DNA of 61,392 nt, the filler included, from Eubacteriales bacterium (GTDB taxonomy: Bacteria > Bacillota > Clostridia > Oscillospirales > CAG-382): the NCBI GenBank assembly GCA_045636665.1. It is 4 parts of 4 records of this genome, joined end to end, with 100 filler letters (N's around TTAATTAATTAA, not from the genome) between each part and the next. Parts side by side here need not be neighbours in the genome. Positions count along the whole stretch, not along the records: positions 27,545 to 59,521 come from JAZTXY010000123.1; positions 59,622 to 61,392 come from JAZTXY010000136.1; 2 more parts are not named here. One strand, given 5' to 3'. This document shows positions 49,613-61,392 of the stretch, in pieces. The notes below the pieces were generated by a model that saw nothing but the letters and a program-made list of their open reading frames with translations, searched no databases and was not told the origin of the DNA. Position 1 is the first letter of the stretch. Every line of letters begins with the position of its first letter. The position numbers and the translations under genes are program-made.

Positions 49613-50152
49613 TTGAAACTGGAAAATAAACTTGACGTAAAGGTTTTTATCCTTTACCTTATGAATAAAGTCGATGAACCGCTTGAATATACAACAGTAA
49701 ACGATATCGTGCTTCAGGACGAATTTGTCAATTATTTCGATTTCGCGCTTTGCTTTTCCGAGCTGCTTGACGCAGGTCAGGTTGAAGAATCGGGCGAGGA
49801 AAACGGAGTTAAGCTTTACAAGGTTTCGGAAAGCGGAAAGGAATCCTTGGAAAGCTATGAAAGTTCGCTTCTTTCGGTCATCCGCGAGCACGCATCGAAA
49901 AGCGTACGCAGATTTATGGCGTACAAGCGAGAGGGAAGACGCGCTGTCGCTACGGTAACCGAATGCGGAGAGGGATATTTGCTTAAATGCGAAATTTTCG
50001 ACCGTGTAAAGAAGCTCTTTTCGACCGAAATTTATGTTTGCGAATATGAAGAAGCAATGCGCGCAAAGAAAAATTTCGAGGACCGCGAGGACGTAATACT
50101 CAAGGGCGTTCAAGCACTTATCGCGGGAAAAGTTAATTATATTTTTGAATAG
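49613..50152 (+). CDS. DUF4364-like winged-helix protein
   Basis: K..ILYL....EPL, VNYF.....SEL...G and Y...E.G.E.L. Confidence 0.8.
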   Translation: MKLENKLDVKVFILYLMNKVDEPLEYTTVNDIVLQDEFVNYFDFALCFSELLDAGQVEESGEENGVKLYKVSESGKESLESYESSLLSVIREHASKSVRRFMAYKREGRRAVATVTECGEGYLLKCEIFDRVKKLFSTEIYVCEYEEAMRAKKNFEDREDVILKGVQALIAGKVNYIFE

Positions 50153-50160
50153 GTGCTCGT

Positions 50161-50796
50161 TTGAATAAAAAAGAAAAAGCAAAGCTTGTTATTGAATTGC
50201 TCGAAAAACGCTATCCAAATCCCGAATGCGGACTTTATTGGGAGGGAAACCCTTATCGGTTGCTCGTTATGGCGATACTTTCGGCGCAATGCACCGACGC
50301 GCGCGTTAACGAGGTGGCAAAAACGCTGTTCAAGCGTTTTCCGACGGTTGAAAGCATGGCATACGCCGAAATAACGGATATCGAGCGTGAAATCCGCTCG
50401 GTAGGACTTTACCGTTCAAAGGCGTTGGCTTTAAAGGAATGCTGTAAGCGCGTTTTCGAGGTTTATAGCGGTAACGTACCGAGCGAAATGGATGACCTGC
50501 TTACGCTTCGCGGTGTGGGCAGAAAGGTTGCGAATCTTATAAGAGGCGATATTTTCGGGCTCGGCGGAATCGTTGCCGACACTCATTGCATCCGTATTTC
50601 GGGACGCTTGGGGCTTTCTAACGGAAAGGACCCTTTAATCACCGAACGCGATCTCGAAAAGCTAATACCGCGTCAAAAGCAAAGCGATTACTGCCACAGA
50701 ATGGTGCTTTTCGGCAGAGAGGTATGCATTGCCCGAAAGCCGAAATGCGCGGAGTGCGAATTAAAAGAAATTTGTATTTATAAGGACGAAAAATGA
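50161..50796 (+). CDS. nth: Endonuclease III
   Basis: LSAQCTD.RVN, L.GVGRKVAN, DTH..RI..RLG and C.ARKPKC.EC.L...C. Confidence 0.95.
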   Translation: MNKKEKAKLVIELLEKRYPNPECGLYWEGNPYRLLVMAILSAQCTDARVNEVAKTLFKRFPTVESMAYAEITDIEREIRSVGLYRSKALALKECCKRVFEVYSGNVPSEMDDLLTLRGVGRKVANLIRGDIFGLGGIVADTHCIRISGRLGLSNGKDPLITERDLEKLIPRQKQSDYCHRMVLFGREVCIARKPKCAECELKEICIYKDEK

Positions 50797-51518
50797 TCGA
50801 TCCCAAAGCGTTACAAAAATTAATGTCATACACACGCCGTGCGATAGATAAATATCAAATGATCGAGGAAGGCGACAGAATTGCCGTCGGTGTTTCGGGC
50901 GGTAAGGACAGTCTTGCGTTGCTTTGTGCTCTGCACGGCTTAAAGCGGTTTTATCCCAAAAGCTTCGAAATCGTGCCGATAAACATCAAAATGGGATTCC
51001 CCAATGAAACCGATGAGGTTTCAAAAGCGCTTTGCGACGAGCTCGGCTTGGAGCTTCAAAGCGTTAAAAGCGATATTTATTCGGTCGTTTTTGAGGTGAG
51101 AAAGGAAAAGCATCCCTGCTCGCTATGCTCAAATATGCGCCGCGGCGCGCTTCACGGGGCGGCAAAGGAGCTTGGCTGTAACAAGCTTGCGCTCGGACAT
51201 CATTTCGATGATGCTGTCGAAACGATAATTATGAACCTTTTTATCGAGGGCAGGTTTGATTGCTTTTACCCCGTAACCTATCTCGACAGGTCTGACATAA
51301 CGGTTATAAGACCTCTGCTTTTCGCTCCCGAAAAGGAGGTTTCGCATTTCGTGCGCGCAAGCGGAATCGTGCCCGTACCGAAAAATTGCCCTGCCGACGG
51401 TGTGACCAAGCGCGAGGACGCAAAACGTGCGCTTGACGATTTGGAACGTCGCGACCGCGGAGTGAAAATGCGCGTTTTCAACGCCTTTTTCAACAAAAAC
51501 GATAACGGTAATAAATGA
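50793..51518 (+). CDS. ttcA: tRNA 2-thiocytidine biosynthesis TtcA-family protein
   Basis: SGGKDS PP-loop, PCSLCS.MRRG, LGHHFDD, VIRPL and CPADG.T.R. Confidence 0.88.
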   Translation: MIDPKALQKLMSYTRRAIDKYQMIEEGDRIAVGVSGGKDSLALLCALHGLKRFYPKSFEIVPINIKMGFPNETDEVSKALCDELGLELQSVKSDIYSVVFEVRKEKHPCSLCSNMRRGALHGAAKELGCNKLALGHHFDDAVETIIMNLFIEGRFDCFYPVTYLDRSDITVIRPLLFAPEKEVSHFVRASGIVPVPKNCPADGVTKREDAKRALDDLERRDRGVKMRVFNAFFNKNDNGNK

Positions 51519-51553
51519 AATAAAAAATTAAACAATAAAAGGATGGCAAAACA

Positions 51554-52231
51554 ATGAAAAAACTGATTGTTTTCTTACTCTCGGCATCATTGCTCTTATC
51601 CCTTTGTGTGATGACCGCAGGCGCAAAAAGCGGACACGCACTTGATTTGGTTATCGGCACCTCCGAAAGCGGAAGCGATGAATTTTCGGTAACCGTAACC
51701 GCCGAAAATATTTCCGAAACACTTCACGTTGTGGAATACGTTGTGAATTACGATTCCGAAAAATTGGAGCTTGTCAATTCGGTCGATGAGGACGGCGTGC
51801 TCGATTGCATCACCAACCTTCCTGCCGATTGGGAAAACTTTGTCGGCGTTCAAAAGGTCGGCGAGATTAAGGCACTTGCGCTCACCGCAGGCATGGAGGG
51901 CGTGAAAAGCGGCGAATTGAAGTTTGAATTTAAATTCCGCGTTAAGGACGGCGCGACCGGTGAAACCTTGATTTCCATTTCCGATGAAAGCGTGCTCGGC
52001 GCATACGTCGGCAACGATGCTACCCCCGTCGAATACGGCGGCAAGGGCGGTAAGGTAACTCTTTCCGTTACCGAAGACGGTAAGGTCGGCAACCTTTCTG
52101 TTGACACCGTAACCGTTGAAGGCAATTCCGCAGAGGACGGCAACGGCTGGATAGTTTGGGCTGTCGTCGGTGCAGTGGCAGTAATCGGCGTTGCTGTTGT
52201 TGCAGTAGTAATTCTTAAGAAAAAGAAATAA
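51554..52231 (+). CDS. Single cohesin-domain protein with C-terminal TM + KKKK anchor
   Basis: Signal peptide; FSVTV..., YDSEKLELV and GELKFEFKFRVKDGATGETLISI cohesin-like pattern; terminus WIVWAVVG...KKKK. Confidence 0.7.
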   Translation: MKKLIVFLLSASLLLSLCVMTAGAKSGHALDLVIGTSESGSDEFSVTVTAENISETLHVVEYVVNYDSEKLELVNSVDEDGVLDCITNLPADWENFVGVQKVGEIKALALTAGMEGVKSGELKFEFKFRVKDGATGETLISISDESVLGAYVGNDATPVEYGGKGGKVTLSVTEDGKVGNLSVDTVTVEGNSAEDGNGWIVWAVVGAVAVIGVAVVAVVILKKKK

Positions 52232-52252
52232 AGCAGGAAGGGATAACGATAT

Positions 52253-52615
52253 ATGGCAAACACACCGAAGGTCTTTGAAAGTGAATACCGTTTTTGTCTT
52301 ATCCTCTGGGAAAACGAGCCGATGACCTGCAGTAACCTTGCAAAGCTTGCAAAGGAAAAGCTTGAATGGTCGCGTACCACCACGTATACCGTCATCAAGC
52401 GTCTTTGCGACAGGGGCGTTCTTGCGAACAACGATTCTGTGGTCACCTCCATCGTCAGCAAGGATGAAATTCAGCTGGCAGAGCTCGAAGAAATGTATGA
52501 AAAGCGTTTTGAAAACGATCTTCCCGCATTCATCGCGGCGTTTGCAAAGCAACAAAATTTAAGCGAAGCCGACGTTGAAGAAATCAAAAGGATAATCGAC
52601 GGCGCAGGTAAATAA
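52253..52615 (+). CDS. BlaI/MecI/CopY-family transcriptional repressor
   Basis: ESE.....LWE.EP, W...TTYTVIKRL..RG and F.....LS..DVEEI..II. Confidence 0.9.
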   Translation: MANTPKVFESEYRFCLILWENEPMTCSNLAKLAKEKLEWSRTTTYTVIKRLCDRGVLANNDSVVTSIVSKDEIQLAELEEMYEKRFENDLPAFIAAFAKQQNLSEADVEEIKRIIDGAGK

Positions 52616-52630
52616 TATTTAATAAAAACG

Positions 52631-52662
52631 AAAAAACAACGCTTTTATCGGCGTTGTTTTTT
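52631..52662. terminator. Bidirectional terminator
   Basis: AAAAACAACGC-TTTTATCG-GCGTTGTTTTT. Confidence 0.8.
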
Positions 52663-52666
52663 GCTT

Positions 52667-53647
52667 CTATGATTCTTTTTTGACGTTTAAAAGTCGGTTG
52701 AGCTCGTTTGCCGCGCTTTCGGGAGAGCGTATTTCCACCTCGCCGCCAAAGCTTATGACCCATCCGTAAAAGACGGGACTCGCCGCAACGTTAACGGTTA
52801 TACGGAATCTGTCGTCGCCGTCCTTTAATATAGGAATATTACTTCCGAATCGGTCAAGCATTACGTTTGCCAAACGGTTCGCGCAGGAAAGCGTTATTCT
52901 TTCGACCTTGCCGCCGAACATTCCGAAAACGGCGCCCGAATAGGAGGTTATGTCGTATTTTTCAAATTCCTCCCTGCCTTCGCGTCGGGAGGCTTCGGTT
53001 TTGGTGTCGAGCATCTTGTCGACACGGTAATGACGTATCGCTTGGCTTTGCTTGTCATAGCCGACGAGGTAATAGTTGCTGTCGTCCCAAACGAGCGACC
53101 AAGGGCTTACGCAATAGCGGCTTCCGTCACGGCGAAGCTCTTTTTCCTTGTTTGCATTCCATTGAAAATATTTAAAGGTTATGTCAACGTCGGATTCGAT
53201 CGCTTCGTGAATACGGTCGACCGTGCCGTAAATATCCTCGTTGCCGGTTTTGATTCGGTTGGAAACAAAAACCGCGCGGTTAAGCGCTTTGCGGTCGTGC
53301 AGGGTGGCAAGCGAGGTGAGCTTTTTTATAAGCGAGGCGCTTTTTTTATCGGTAATAAACTTCGATGCGCGTACGGCATCGACCAAAAGCTTTAATTCGG
53401 GCAGCTCAAATTCGCGCGAGGCGACGTAATATCCGACCGTTTTTTCTCTCACCGTGCGTATGTCGAGTCCCAATTCCTTAAGCGCTTCAAGGTCGTTGTA
53501 AATGCTTTTTCGCTCGGCGGTTATTCCGTGCGCGGCGAGCGCTTGGATTATTTCCTTCATCGAAAGCGGATGCGTTTCGTCGCTTCGTTCAAGCAAAATG
53601 CTTCGCAATATCGGCAATTTTTTCTTTTGGTTTGCGGATCGCGGCAT
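52667..53647 (-). CDS. WYL-domain (HTH-WYL-WCX) transcriptional regulator
   Basis: SDE.HPLS, ERKSIY.D...L, ELKLLVDAV, VSPW.L.W...YYLV, HYRVDKM, DRFG and FYGW..FG. Confidence 0.92.
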   Translation of the reverse strand: MPRSANQKKKLPILRSILLERSDETHPLSMKEIIQALAAHGITAERKSIYNDLEALKELGLDIRTVREKTVGYYVASREFELPELKLLVDAVRASKFITDKKSASLIKKLTSLATLHDRKALNRAVFVSNRIKTGNEDIYGTVDRIHEAIESDVDITFKYFQWNANKEKELRRDGSRYCVSPWSLVWDDSNYYLVGYDKQSQAIRHYRVDKMLDTKTEASRREGREEFEKYDITSYSGAVFGMFGGKVERITLSCANRLANVMLDRFGSNIPILKDGDDRFRITVNVAASPVFYGWVISFGGEVEIRSPESAANELNRLLNVKKES

Positions 53648-53787
53648 AAAAAATCCTCCGAACAACCGTTTTTTCGAAAATTTTATTATTAATTATACAA
53701 TAAGCGGAGAAATTTGTCAAATAAAGGAGATTGGGGCCATAATTTTCCCAAAATGTAAATTTTCATTGGAAAATTGGTAAAAATCTA

Positions 53788-53816
53788 TTGACAAACGTAG
53801 AAAACGGTGTTATTAT
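53788..53816 (+). promoter_or_regulatory. sigmaA promoter of rpoBC
   Basis: TTGACA-17 nt-TATTAT with an extended -10 TG. Confidence 0.8.
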
Positions 53817-53954
53817 TATAAACTGCATTATAATGCGGATGATATGCCGTGAACTTTGTTATGTAAACCGCATAACAACGGTGAAATCCGCACCGGAGAA
53901 CGAAAACACCGTGGATATTCCCGCTGTATGAGGCGGAGAAAATGAATGGAGTGA

Positions 53955-56900
53955 TTGGTTGAAATGGTGAAAGAACGACTTCTCGGAAAAACCTTAAGAA
54001 TGTCTTTTTCCAAGAACGATGAGGTTCTCGAGATCCCCAATCTTATTGAAGTACAGAAAAAGTCCTTCAAAGATTTTGTCGAAAAGGACATCGGGGATGT
54101 TTTGAGGGATATCTCGCCTATGGCGGACTATTCCGGAAACCTCATTATTGAGTTTGTCGATTATTCTCTCGATGAGGCACCCAAGTACACTATCGAGGAA
54201 TGTAAGGATCGCGACCTCAATTACGCTACTCCCTTTAAGGTGACAGTGCGTCTTACGAACAAGATCACCAATGAAGTTAAGGAGCAGGAAATCTATATGG
54301 GTGATTTCCCGCTTATGACGGACAGCGGTACATTTATTATAAACGGCGCGGAACGTGTCGTTGTATCGCAGGTAGTTCGCTCGCCCGGCATCTATTACGA
54401 TGCGATCGACGACAAGTCCGGCAGACACCTCCTTACTGCTACCGTTATCCCTTATCGCGGCGCATGGCTTGAATATGAAACCGACACCTCGGACGTATTC
54501 TATGTGCGTATCGATAAAAACCGTAAAATTCCGATTACCGTATTGCTTCGCGCATTCGGTTTGGGAAGCAACGAGTCTATTATCGAAAAGTTCGGTGACG
54601 AACCGCTTCTTAAAGCAACCTTCGAAAAGGATACCATGCTTCAAGAGGTTGACCGCGTTATTCAAACCGGCGGTATGACAAATCCCGTTGATGAAGCACT
54701 CAAGGAAATTTATCGCAAATTGCGTCCCGGCGATCCCCCCATCGTCGAAAGCGCACAGATACTTATAAACAATCTTTTCTTCGATGAAAAGAGATACGAC
54801 ATTTCTCCGGTCGGCAGATATAAATTTAATAAAAAACTTGCGCTTGCGAAGCGTATCGTAGGTCAAACCCTCGCGCGTGATGCGGTATCCCCCATCACCG
54901 GCGAAGTTGTGTTTGAAGCAGGCAGAAAGCTTTCGCGCTCCGAAGCGGAAGAAATCGAACGCGCAGGTATTTGCGAAGTATGGCTCGTTTCCGAGGAAGA
55001 AGATAAGACTATCGAAGTCAAGGTCTTTACCAACCGTATGGTTGACGCGAGCGAGGTTACCGGAATTTCCGATGAAATTCTCGGCTTCGGCGAATACGTT
55101 GCTATCGATCCTCTCCTCCGTATCATCGGTGAAGTCGGCCTTTCCGACCCCGAAGCGTTTGCAAAGGAATGCCGCAAGGCTATCGATGAGCTTATTCCCA
55201 AGCACATCACCGTTGAAGACATTTTTGCGTCTGTTAACTATATATTCTGTTTGTATCACGGCATCGGCAAGACCGACGATATCGACCACCTCGGTAACCG
55301 TCGCTTGCGTTCTGTTGGCGAGCTTCTTCTTAACCAGCTCCGTATCGGCTTCTCCCGTATGGACAAGATCGTTAAGGAAAAGATGACCACTCAGGATATC
55401 GATACCGTTACTCCGCAGTCGCTTATCAATATCCGTCCCATCGTGTCGGCTATCCGCGACTTCTTCGGCTCGAGCCCTCTTTCTCAGTTTATGGACCAGG
55501 CAAACCCCCTTGCCGAGCTTACCCATAAGAGAAGACTTTCGGCGCTCGGTCCCGGCGGTCTTTCTCGTGACCGTGCATCCTTCGAGGTTCGTGACGTTCA
55601 CTATACCCATTACGGCAGAATGTGTCCTATCGAAACTCCCGAAGGTCCCAACATCGGTCTTATCTCCTCGCTTGCTACCTATGCAAAGGTTAACAAGTTC
55701 GGATTTATCGAAGCGCCTTACCGCGTAGTTAAAAACGGCGTAGTTACCAAGGACGTGGTATATCTTTCCGCAGATTTGGAAGATGAATACGTTGTTGCTA
55801 CCGCTAACGAGCCCATCGATGAAACCGGCCACTTCCTTAACCGCAAGGTAGTTGCGCGTCACAGAGATGAAATTTTGGAATTCGAAGCAAGCAAGATCGA
55901 CCTTATGGACGTTTCGCCCAAGATGGTTGTTTCGGTTGCTACCTCGATGATCCCCTTCCTTGAAAACGACGATAACACCCGTGCGCTCATGGGTTCGAAC
56001 ATGCAGAAGCAGGCAGTTCCCTTGATGATCACCGAAGCACCCGTTATCGGTACCGGTATGGAATACAAGGCGGCTTACGACAGCGGCGTTCTCGTTCTCT
56101 GCCGTAACGACGGTATTGTAGAAAGCGTATCCTCCAACAACGTTGTTGTTCGCAAGGACAACGGCGGTGTGGACGTATATAACCTCATCAAATTCAAGCG
56201 CTCCAACCAGGGCACTTGCGTAAACCAACGCCCCGTTGTTAGAAAGGGCGAAAGAGTTCTTGCGGGCGACATTATTGCCGACGGTCCTGCGACCGACAAC
56301 GGCGAAGTTGCTCTCGGTAAGAACGTTCTTATTGGATTTATGACCTGGGAAGGTTATAACTACGAGGACGCAGTCCTCCTTAATGAACGTCTTGTTCGCG
56401 ACGACGTTTATACCTCTATCCACATCGAAGAATACTATTGCGAATCCCGCGATACCAAGCTTGGTCCGGAAGAAATCACCCGTGAGCTTCCCAACGTCGG
56501 CGAAGACGCACTTCGTGACCTTGATGCCGACGGTATCATCCGTATCGGTGCAGAGGTTCACTCCGGCGACATCCTCGTTGGTAAGGTTACACCTAAGGGC
56601 GAAACCGAGCTTACTGCGGAAGAACGCTTGCTCCGTGCTATTTTCGGCGAAAAGGCGCGCGAGGTTAGAGATACCTCGTTGAAGCTTCCTCACGGCGAAT
56701 CGGGTATCGTTGTAGACGTACAGGTATTCTCGCGTGATGACTGTGATATTCTTGCTCCCGGCGTAATTAAGGTTGCAAGAGTTTATATTGCTCAAAAGAG
56801 AAAGATCTCTGTCGGCGATAAGATGGCGGGCCGCCACGGTAACAAGGGTGTTATTTCCCGTATTCTTCCCAGCGAAGATATGCCCTTCCTCCCCGACGGT

Positions 56901-57881
56901 ACTCCTCTTGACATCGTTCTTAACCCGTTGGGCGTTCCTTCCCGTATGAACATCGGTCAGGTACTTGAAGTTCACCTTGGCCGCGCGGCGAAGGCATTGG
57001 GCTGGAAGGTTATGACCCCCGTATTCGACGGCGCGAACGAAAAAGACATCGAAGAATGCTTGAGCGAAGCTAACCTTTACCGCGATCTTCGTTACGATGA
57101 AACCGCGGAAGGTAAGGCACTTTATAAAGAAGTTATCGATCCCGACACCGGCGATAAGCACGTTGAAAAGCTTACCCGTGAATGGATCAACGAAAATAAG
57201 GAAGAATTCGAAGAAATGCGTAAGGCGAACCTTGTTAAGGTCGTCGACGGTAAGACCGTTCTTTACGACGGACGTACCGGTATGCCCTTCGATAACCCCG
57301 TTACCGTCGGTTATATGTACTTCCTTAAATTGCACCACCTTGTTGACGATAAGATCCACGCACGTTCCACCGGTCCGTACTCGTTGGTTACCCAACAGCC
57401 TTTGGGCGGTAAAGCTCAATTCGGCGGTCAGCGTTTCGGTGAAATGGAAGTTTGGGCACTCGAAGCATACGGTGCGGCATACACCCTTCAGGAAATTCTT
57501 ACCGTTAAGTCGGACGATATCAAGGGCCGTGTAAAGGCATACGAGGCAATCGTAAAGGGACAGAACATTCCTACTCCCGGCGTTCCCGCATCCTTCAAGG
57601 TTCTTGCGAAGGAGCTTCAATCGCTCGCACTCGACGTAAGAGTTCTTGATAAGAACGACAACGAAATTCCTCTTAAGGATTATTCGGATGACGATGACGG
57701 TCCCGACGAAAGAAAGTTCAGCGAAGAAGAACTCGGCAAGAGCGTACTCGAAAACGGCGATGACGTTATGTACGACGACGAGCTCAGCGCGCTTGAACCC
57801 ATCGTTGAGGAAGAACCCGAAGATCTCGGACTTGACGAAGAAGTATTCGTTTATGACGAGAATGAAAATTATGATGATTAA
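53955..57881 (+). CDS. rpoB: DNA-directed RNA polymerase subunit beta
   Basis: [52 protein letters not shown] and GGQRFGEME; the start may instead be the ATG at 53964. Confidence 0.99.
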   Translation: MVEMVKERLLGKTLRMSFSKNDEVLEIPNLIEVQKKSFKDFVEKDIGDVLRDISPMADYSGNLIIEFVDYSLDEAPKYTIEECKDRDLNYATPFKVTVRLTNKITNEVKEQEIYMGDFPLMTDSGTFIINGAERVVVSQVVRSPGIYYDAIDDKSGRHLLTATVIPYRGAWLEYETDTSDVFYVRIDKNRKIPITVLLRAFGLGSNESIIEKFGDEPLLKATFEKDTMLQEVDRVIQTGGMTNPVDEALKEIYRKLRPGDPPIVESAQILINNLFFDEKRYDISPVGRYKFNKKLALAKRIVGQTLARDAVSPITGEVVFEAGRKLSRSEAEEIERAGICEVWLVSEEEDKTIEVKVFTNRMVDASEVTGISDEILGFGEYVAIDPLLRIIGEVGLSDPEAFAKECRKAIDELIPKHITVEDIFASVNYIFCLYHGIGKTDDIDHLGNRRLRSVGELLLNQLRIGFSRMDKIVKEKMTTQDIDTVTPQSLINIRPIVSAIRDFFGSSPLSQFMDQANPLAELTHKRRLSALGPGGLSRDRASFEVRDVHYTHYGRMCPIETPEGPNIGLISSLATYAKVNKFGFIEAPYRVVKNGVVTKDVVYLSADLEDEYVVATANEPIDETGHFLNRKVVARHRDEILEFEASKIDLMDVSPKMVVSVATSMIPFLENDDNTRALMGSNMQKQAVPLMITEAPVIGTGMEYKAAYDSGVLVLCRNDGIVESVSSNNVVVRKDNGGVDVYNLIKFKRSNQGTCVNQRPVVRKGERVLAGDIIADGPATDNGEVALGKNVLIGFMTWEGYNYEDAVLLNERLVRDDVYTSIHIEEYYCESRDTKLGPEEITRELPNVGEDALRDLDADGIIRIGAEVHSGDILVGKVTPKGETELTAEERLLRAIFGEKAREVRDTSLKLPHGESGIVVDVQVFSRDDCDILAPGVIKVARVYIAQKRKISVGDKMAGRHGNKGVISRILPSEDMPFLPDGTPLDIVLNPLGVPSRMNIGQVLEVHLGRAAKALGWKVMTPVFDGANEKDIEECLSEANLYRDLRYDETAEGKALYKEVIDPDTGDKHVEKLTREWINENKEEFEEMRKANLVKVVDGKTVLYDGRTGMPFDNPVTVGYMYFLKLHHLVDDKIHARSTGPYSLVTQQPLGGKAQFGGQRFGEMEVWALEAYGAAYTLQEILTVKSDDIKGRVKAYEAIVKGQNIPTPGVPASFKVLAKELQSLALDVRVLDKNDNEIPLKDYSDDDDGPDERKFSEEELGKSVLENGDDVMYDDELSALEPIVEEEPEDLGLDEEVFVYDENENYDD

Positions 57882-57894
57882 GGAGATGCGATAA

Positions 57895-59521
<1,627 letters not shown>

Positions 59522-59621
59522 NNNNNNNNNNNNNNNNNNNNNNNNNNNNNNNNNNNNNNNNNNNNTTAATTAATTAANNNNNNNNNNNNNNNNNNNNNNN
59601 NNNNNNNNNNNNNNNNNNNNN
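59522..59621. other. Artificial contig linker
   Basis: N run with TTAATTAATTAA. Confidence 0.97.
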
Positions 59622-59645
59622 GAAGGAAGAACGACGCTTAACCAT
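59622..59645 (-). CDS. N-terminal stub of a gene cut by the contig end (MVKRRSSF)
   Basis: GGAGG RBS followed by an ATG reading into the gap. Confidence 0.45.
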
Positions 59646-59791
59646 ATAGACAACCTCCGTTTAGTATTATGTACATATCATATTGCAGACAAGCTTTAAC
59701 AAGTCTAATGATATCATATACCATAGTATACCATAAATTCTCCGAAAAGTAAATAGGACGGCAGAGTTTTTACAGATTGAACCGCCCGATA

Positions 59792-59823
59792 CAAAAAACA
59801 GCACCCACAAAAGTGAGTGCTGT
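59792..59823 (-). terminator. Terminator of rplM-rpsI
   Basis: Minus strand ACAGCAC...GTGCTGT followed by TTTTT. Confidence 0.7.
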
Positions 59824-59851
59824 AATTTTTGAAAAAATTCGGTAAAACCAA

Positions 59852-60256
59852 TTATCTCTTGGAGAACTGGGAAGCACGACGAGCTGCTTTGAGACCGTAC
59901 TTCTTTCTTTCCTTCATTCTGGGGTCACGAGTGAGAAGACCTGCCTTCTTAAGAGGCGAACGGTATTCATCAGCTGCTTGAAGGAGTGCACGAGCAACGC
60001 CGTGACGGATAGCGCCTGCCTGACCGGAAACGCCGCCGCCTTTAACGGTGCAGATGATGTCGAAGGTGCCTTCGGTCTTGGTAACGCCGAAGGGCTGGGT
60101 AACGATCATCTTAAGGGTTTCAAGGCCGAAGTATTCGCTGATATCTCTGCCGTTGATGGTAACGTTGCCGGTACCGGGGATAAGGCGAACGCGAGCAACA
60201 GAGCTCTTTCTTCTACCGGTTCCGTAGAAATAGGGAATAGCGGATTGATAGTTCAT
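59852..60256 (-). CDS. rpsI: 30S ribosomal protein S9
   Basis: [39 protein letters not shown] and QFSKR. Confidence 0.98.
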   Translation of the reverse strand: MNYQSAIPYFYGTGRRKSSVARVRLIPGTGNVTINGRDISEYFGLETLKMIVTQPFGVTKTEGTFDIICTVKGGGVSGQAGAIRHGVARALLQAADEYRSPLKKAGLLTRDPRMKERKKYGLKAARRASQFSKR

Positions 60257-60269
60257 GTTCTGTTCCTCC

Positions 60270-60701
60270 TTACTTTACTTCTACAGCGATGGGGGTTTGA
60301 GCAGCTTGCTTGTGTTCAGGACCTGCATAAACCTTGAGTCTGCCGAAGCTTGCATCGCCAATCTTGTTCTTGGGAAGCATACCCTTAACTGCGAGTTCAA
60401 CTGCCATTTCGGGCTTGGTTGCCATAAGGGTGCGGTATTTAACCGATTTAAGACCGCCTACGTAACCGCTGTGACGGTAGTAGAATTTCTGGTCGAGTTT
60501 CTTGCCGGTAAGAACTACCTTGGAAGCGTTAACAACGATAACGCATTCGCCGCAATCAACGTGGGGGGTGTATTCGGGACGGTGTTTGCCGTTGAGGATG
60601 GTTGCCGCAAGAACTGCTACCTTACCGAGGGTTTTGCCTTCAGCGTCGATAACGTACCACTTACGTTCAACAGCCTCTTTCTTCAACATAGTTGTAGACA
60701 T
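60270..60701 (-). CDS. rplM: 50S ribosomal protein L13
   Basis: [36 protein letters not shown] and H..AQ.P. Confidence 0.98.
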   Translation of the reverse strand: MSTTMLKKEAVERKWYVIDAEGKTLGKVAVLAATILNGKHRPEYTPHVDCGECVIVVNASKVVLTGKKLDQKFYYRHSGYVGGLKSVKYRTLMATKPEMAVELAVKGMLPKNKIGDASFGRLKVYAGPEHKQAAQTPIAVEVK

Positions 60702-60907
60702 AGGTTGAATTCCTTTCGATAATATCTGTTTTTTTCGTACTTCGCAATTATAACCCAAGAATCTGCTTTGTCAATACCTTTTTCAAAACTTTTTTCGATT
60801 TTAGGGGTATTTTTTGCGTTTTTCTTCGTTTTTCTTTGATTTTTCAAATCGGCAGGAATGAAAATGCATAAAAATACTGCGCTTCCGCAAAGGATACGCC
60901 GTGGTTT

Positions 60908-61392
60908 TTAATATGCGTTATAGTGAATCGTTGCGGAGGCAAGAACCGAATTTTCCTCGTCTATGGAGATTTGCTGCCACGCGGATTGCGAGCCTTCGTA
61001 ATATACGTTTGTAATATAAGGACAATCGTCAAATGCATATACGCCGATATAGGTAACGCTTGCGGGAATGGTTACCGATGCTAAGTAGTAGCAGTAGGAG
61101 AATACCGCGTGGTTGATTTGTGTCAAGCCTTTGCCGATCATTACGCTTTCAAGATTTTGGCAATATTGGAACACTGCCGTGCCGAGCTTGGTTACGCTAT
61201 CGGGAATGGTAATGGCAGTTAAAGCGTAGCAATGAGCAAACGCATCCGAATCGATGGTTTTTAATCCCTTGCCAAGGTTTACCTCTTTAAGGCTTTCGCA
61301 ATAATGGAATGCGAATTCGTCGATCAGAGTCACGCTGTCGGGAATAGTCACCGTGGTGATAGAGGTGTTATCCTTGTACGCCTCATAACCGA
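60908..61392 (-). CDS. BspA-type (TpLRR) leucine-rich repeat protein, C-terminal part
   Basis: Repeated IPDSVT.I...AF..C..L units and capping VYYEGS...W..I; runs off the window end. Confidence 0.9.
   Translation of the reverse strand, partial: GYEAYKDNTSITTVTIPDSVTLIDEFAFHYCESLKEVNLGKGLKTIDSDAFAHCYALTAITIPDSVTKLGTAVFQYCQNLESVMIGKGLTQINHAVFSYCYYLASVTIPASVTYIGVYAFDDCPYITNVYYEGSQSAWQQISIDEENSVLASATIHYNAY

Noticed and set aside
52667..53647. WYL regulator as marker of a defence island
   Set aside because: Stand-alone between housekeeping genes with no adjacent defence genes
57065..57245. Roughly 50-aa insertion in RpoB
   Set aside because: Lineage-specific insertions at this position are common; useful for taxonomy only

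Overview
Concatenated contigs from an uncultured, probably spore-forming Clostridia-type Firmicute. Three 100-nt N/TTAATTAATTAA linkers at 19124, 27445 and 59522 mean that adjacency across them is not real. The window holds mostly housekeeping genes: a five-tRNA cluster, rpe, a feoAB-copZA operon, trxB, tsaD/rimI, two rlmD paralogues, an RnfC/RnfD-like pair, nth, ttcA, rpoB, partial rpoC and rpsI/rplM. The best candidate for an undescribed system is a non-cellulolytic cohesin-dockerin surface assembly: one membrane-anchored cohesin plus three dockerin proteins (the two complete dockerins share a Y-x-Y-I-x-x-K-R signature) carrying SGNH-esterase/discoidin, polysaccharide-deacetylase and unknown cargo domains. 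Other notable items are a structured GCGATAT repeat array leading into a four-helix-bundle gene after rlmD, an 870-aa ECF sigma fusion with an internal RBS, a VanY-like peptidase with an inserted 4xCxxC module, a DnaA-box cluster after tsaD, two unannotated small membrane proteins, and two probable assembly chimeras (rpoC and the Na/Pi transporter). Family calls come from motif recognition by eye; no database searches were run.
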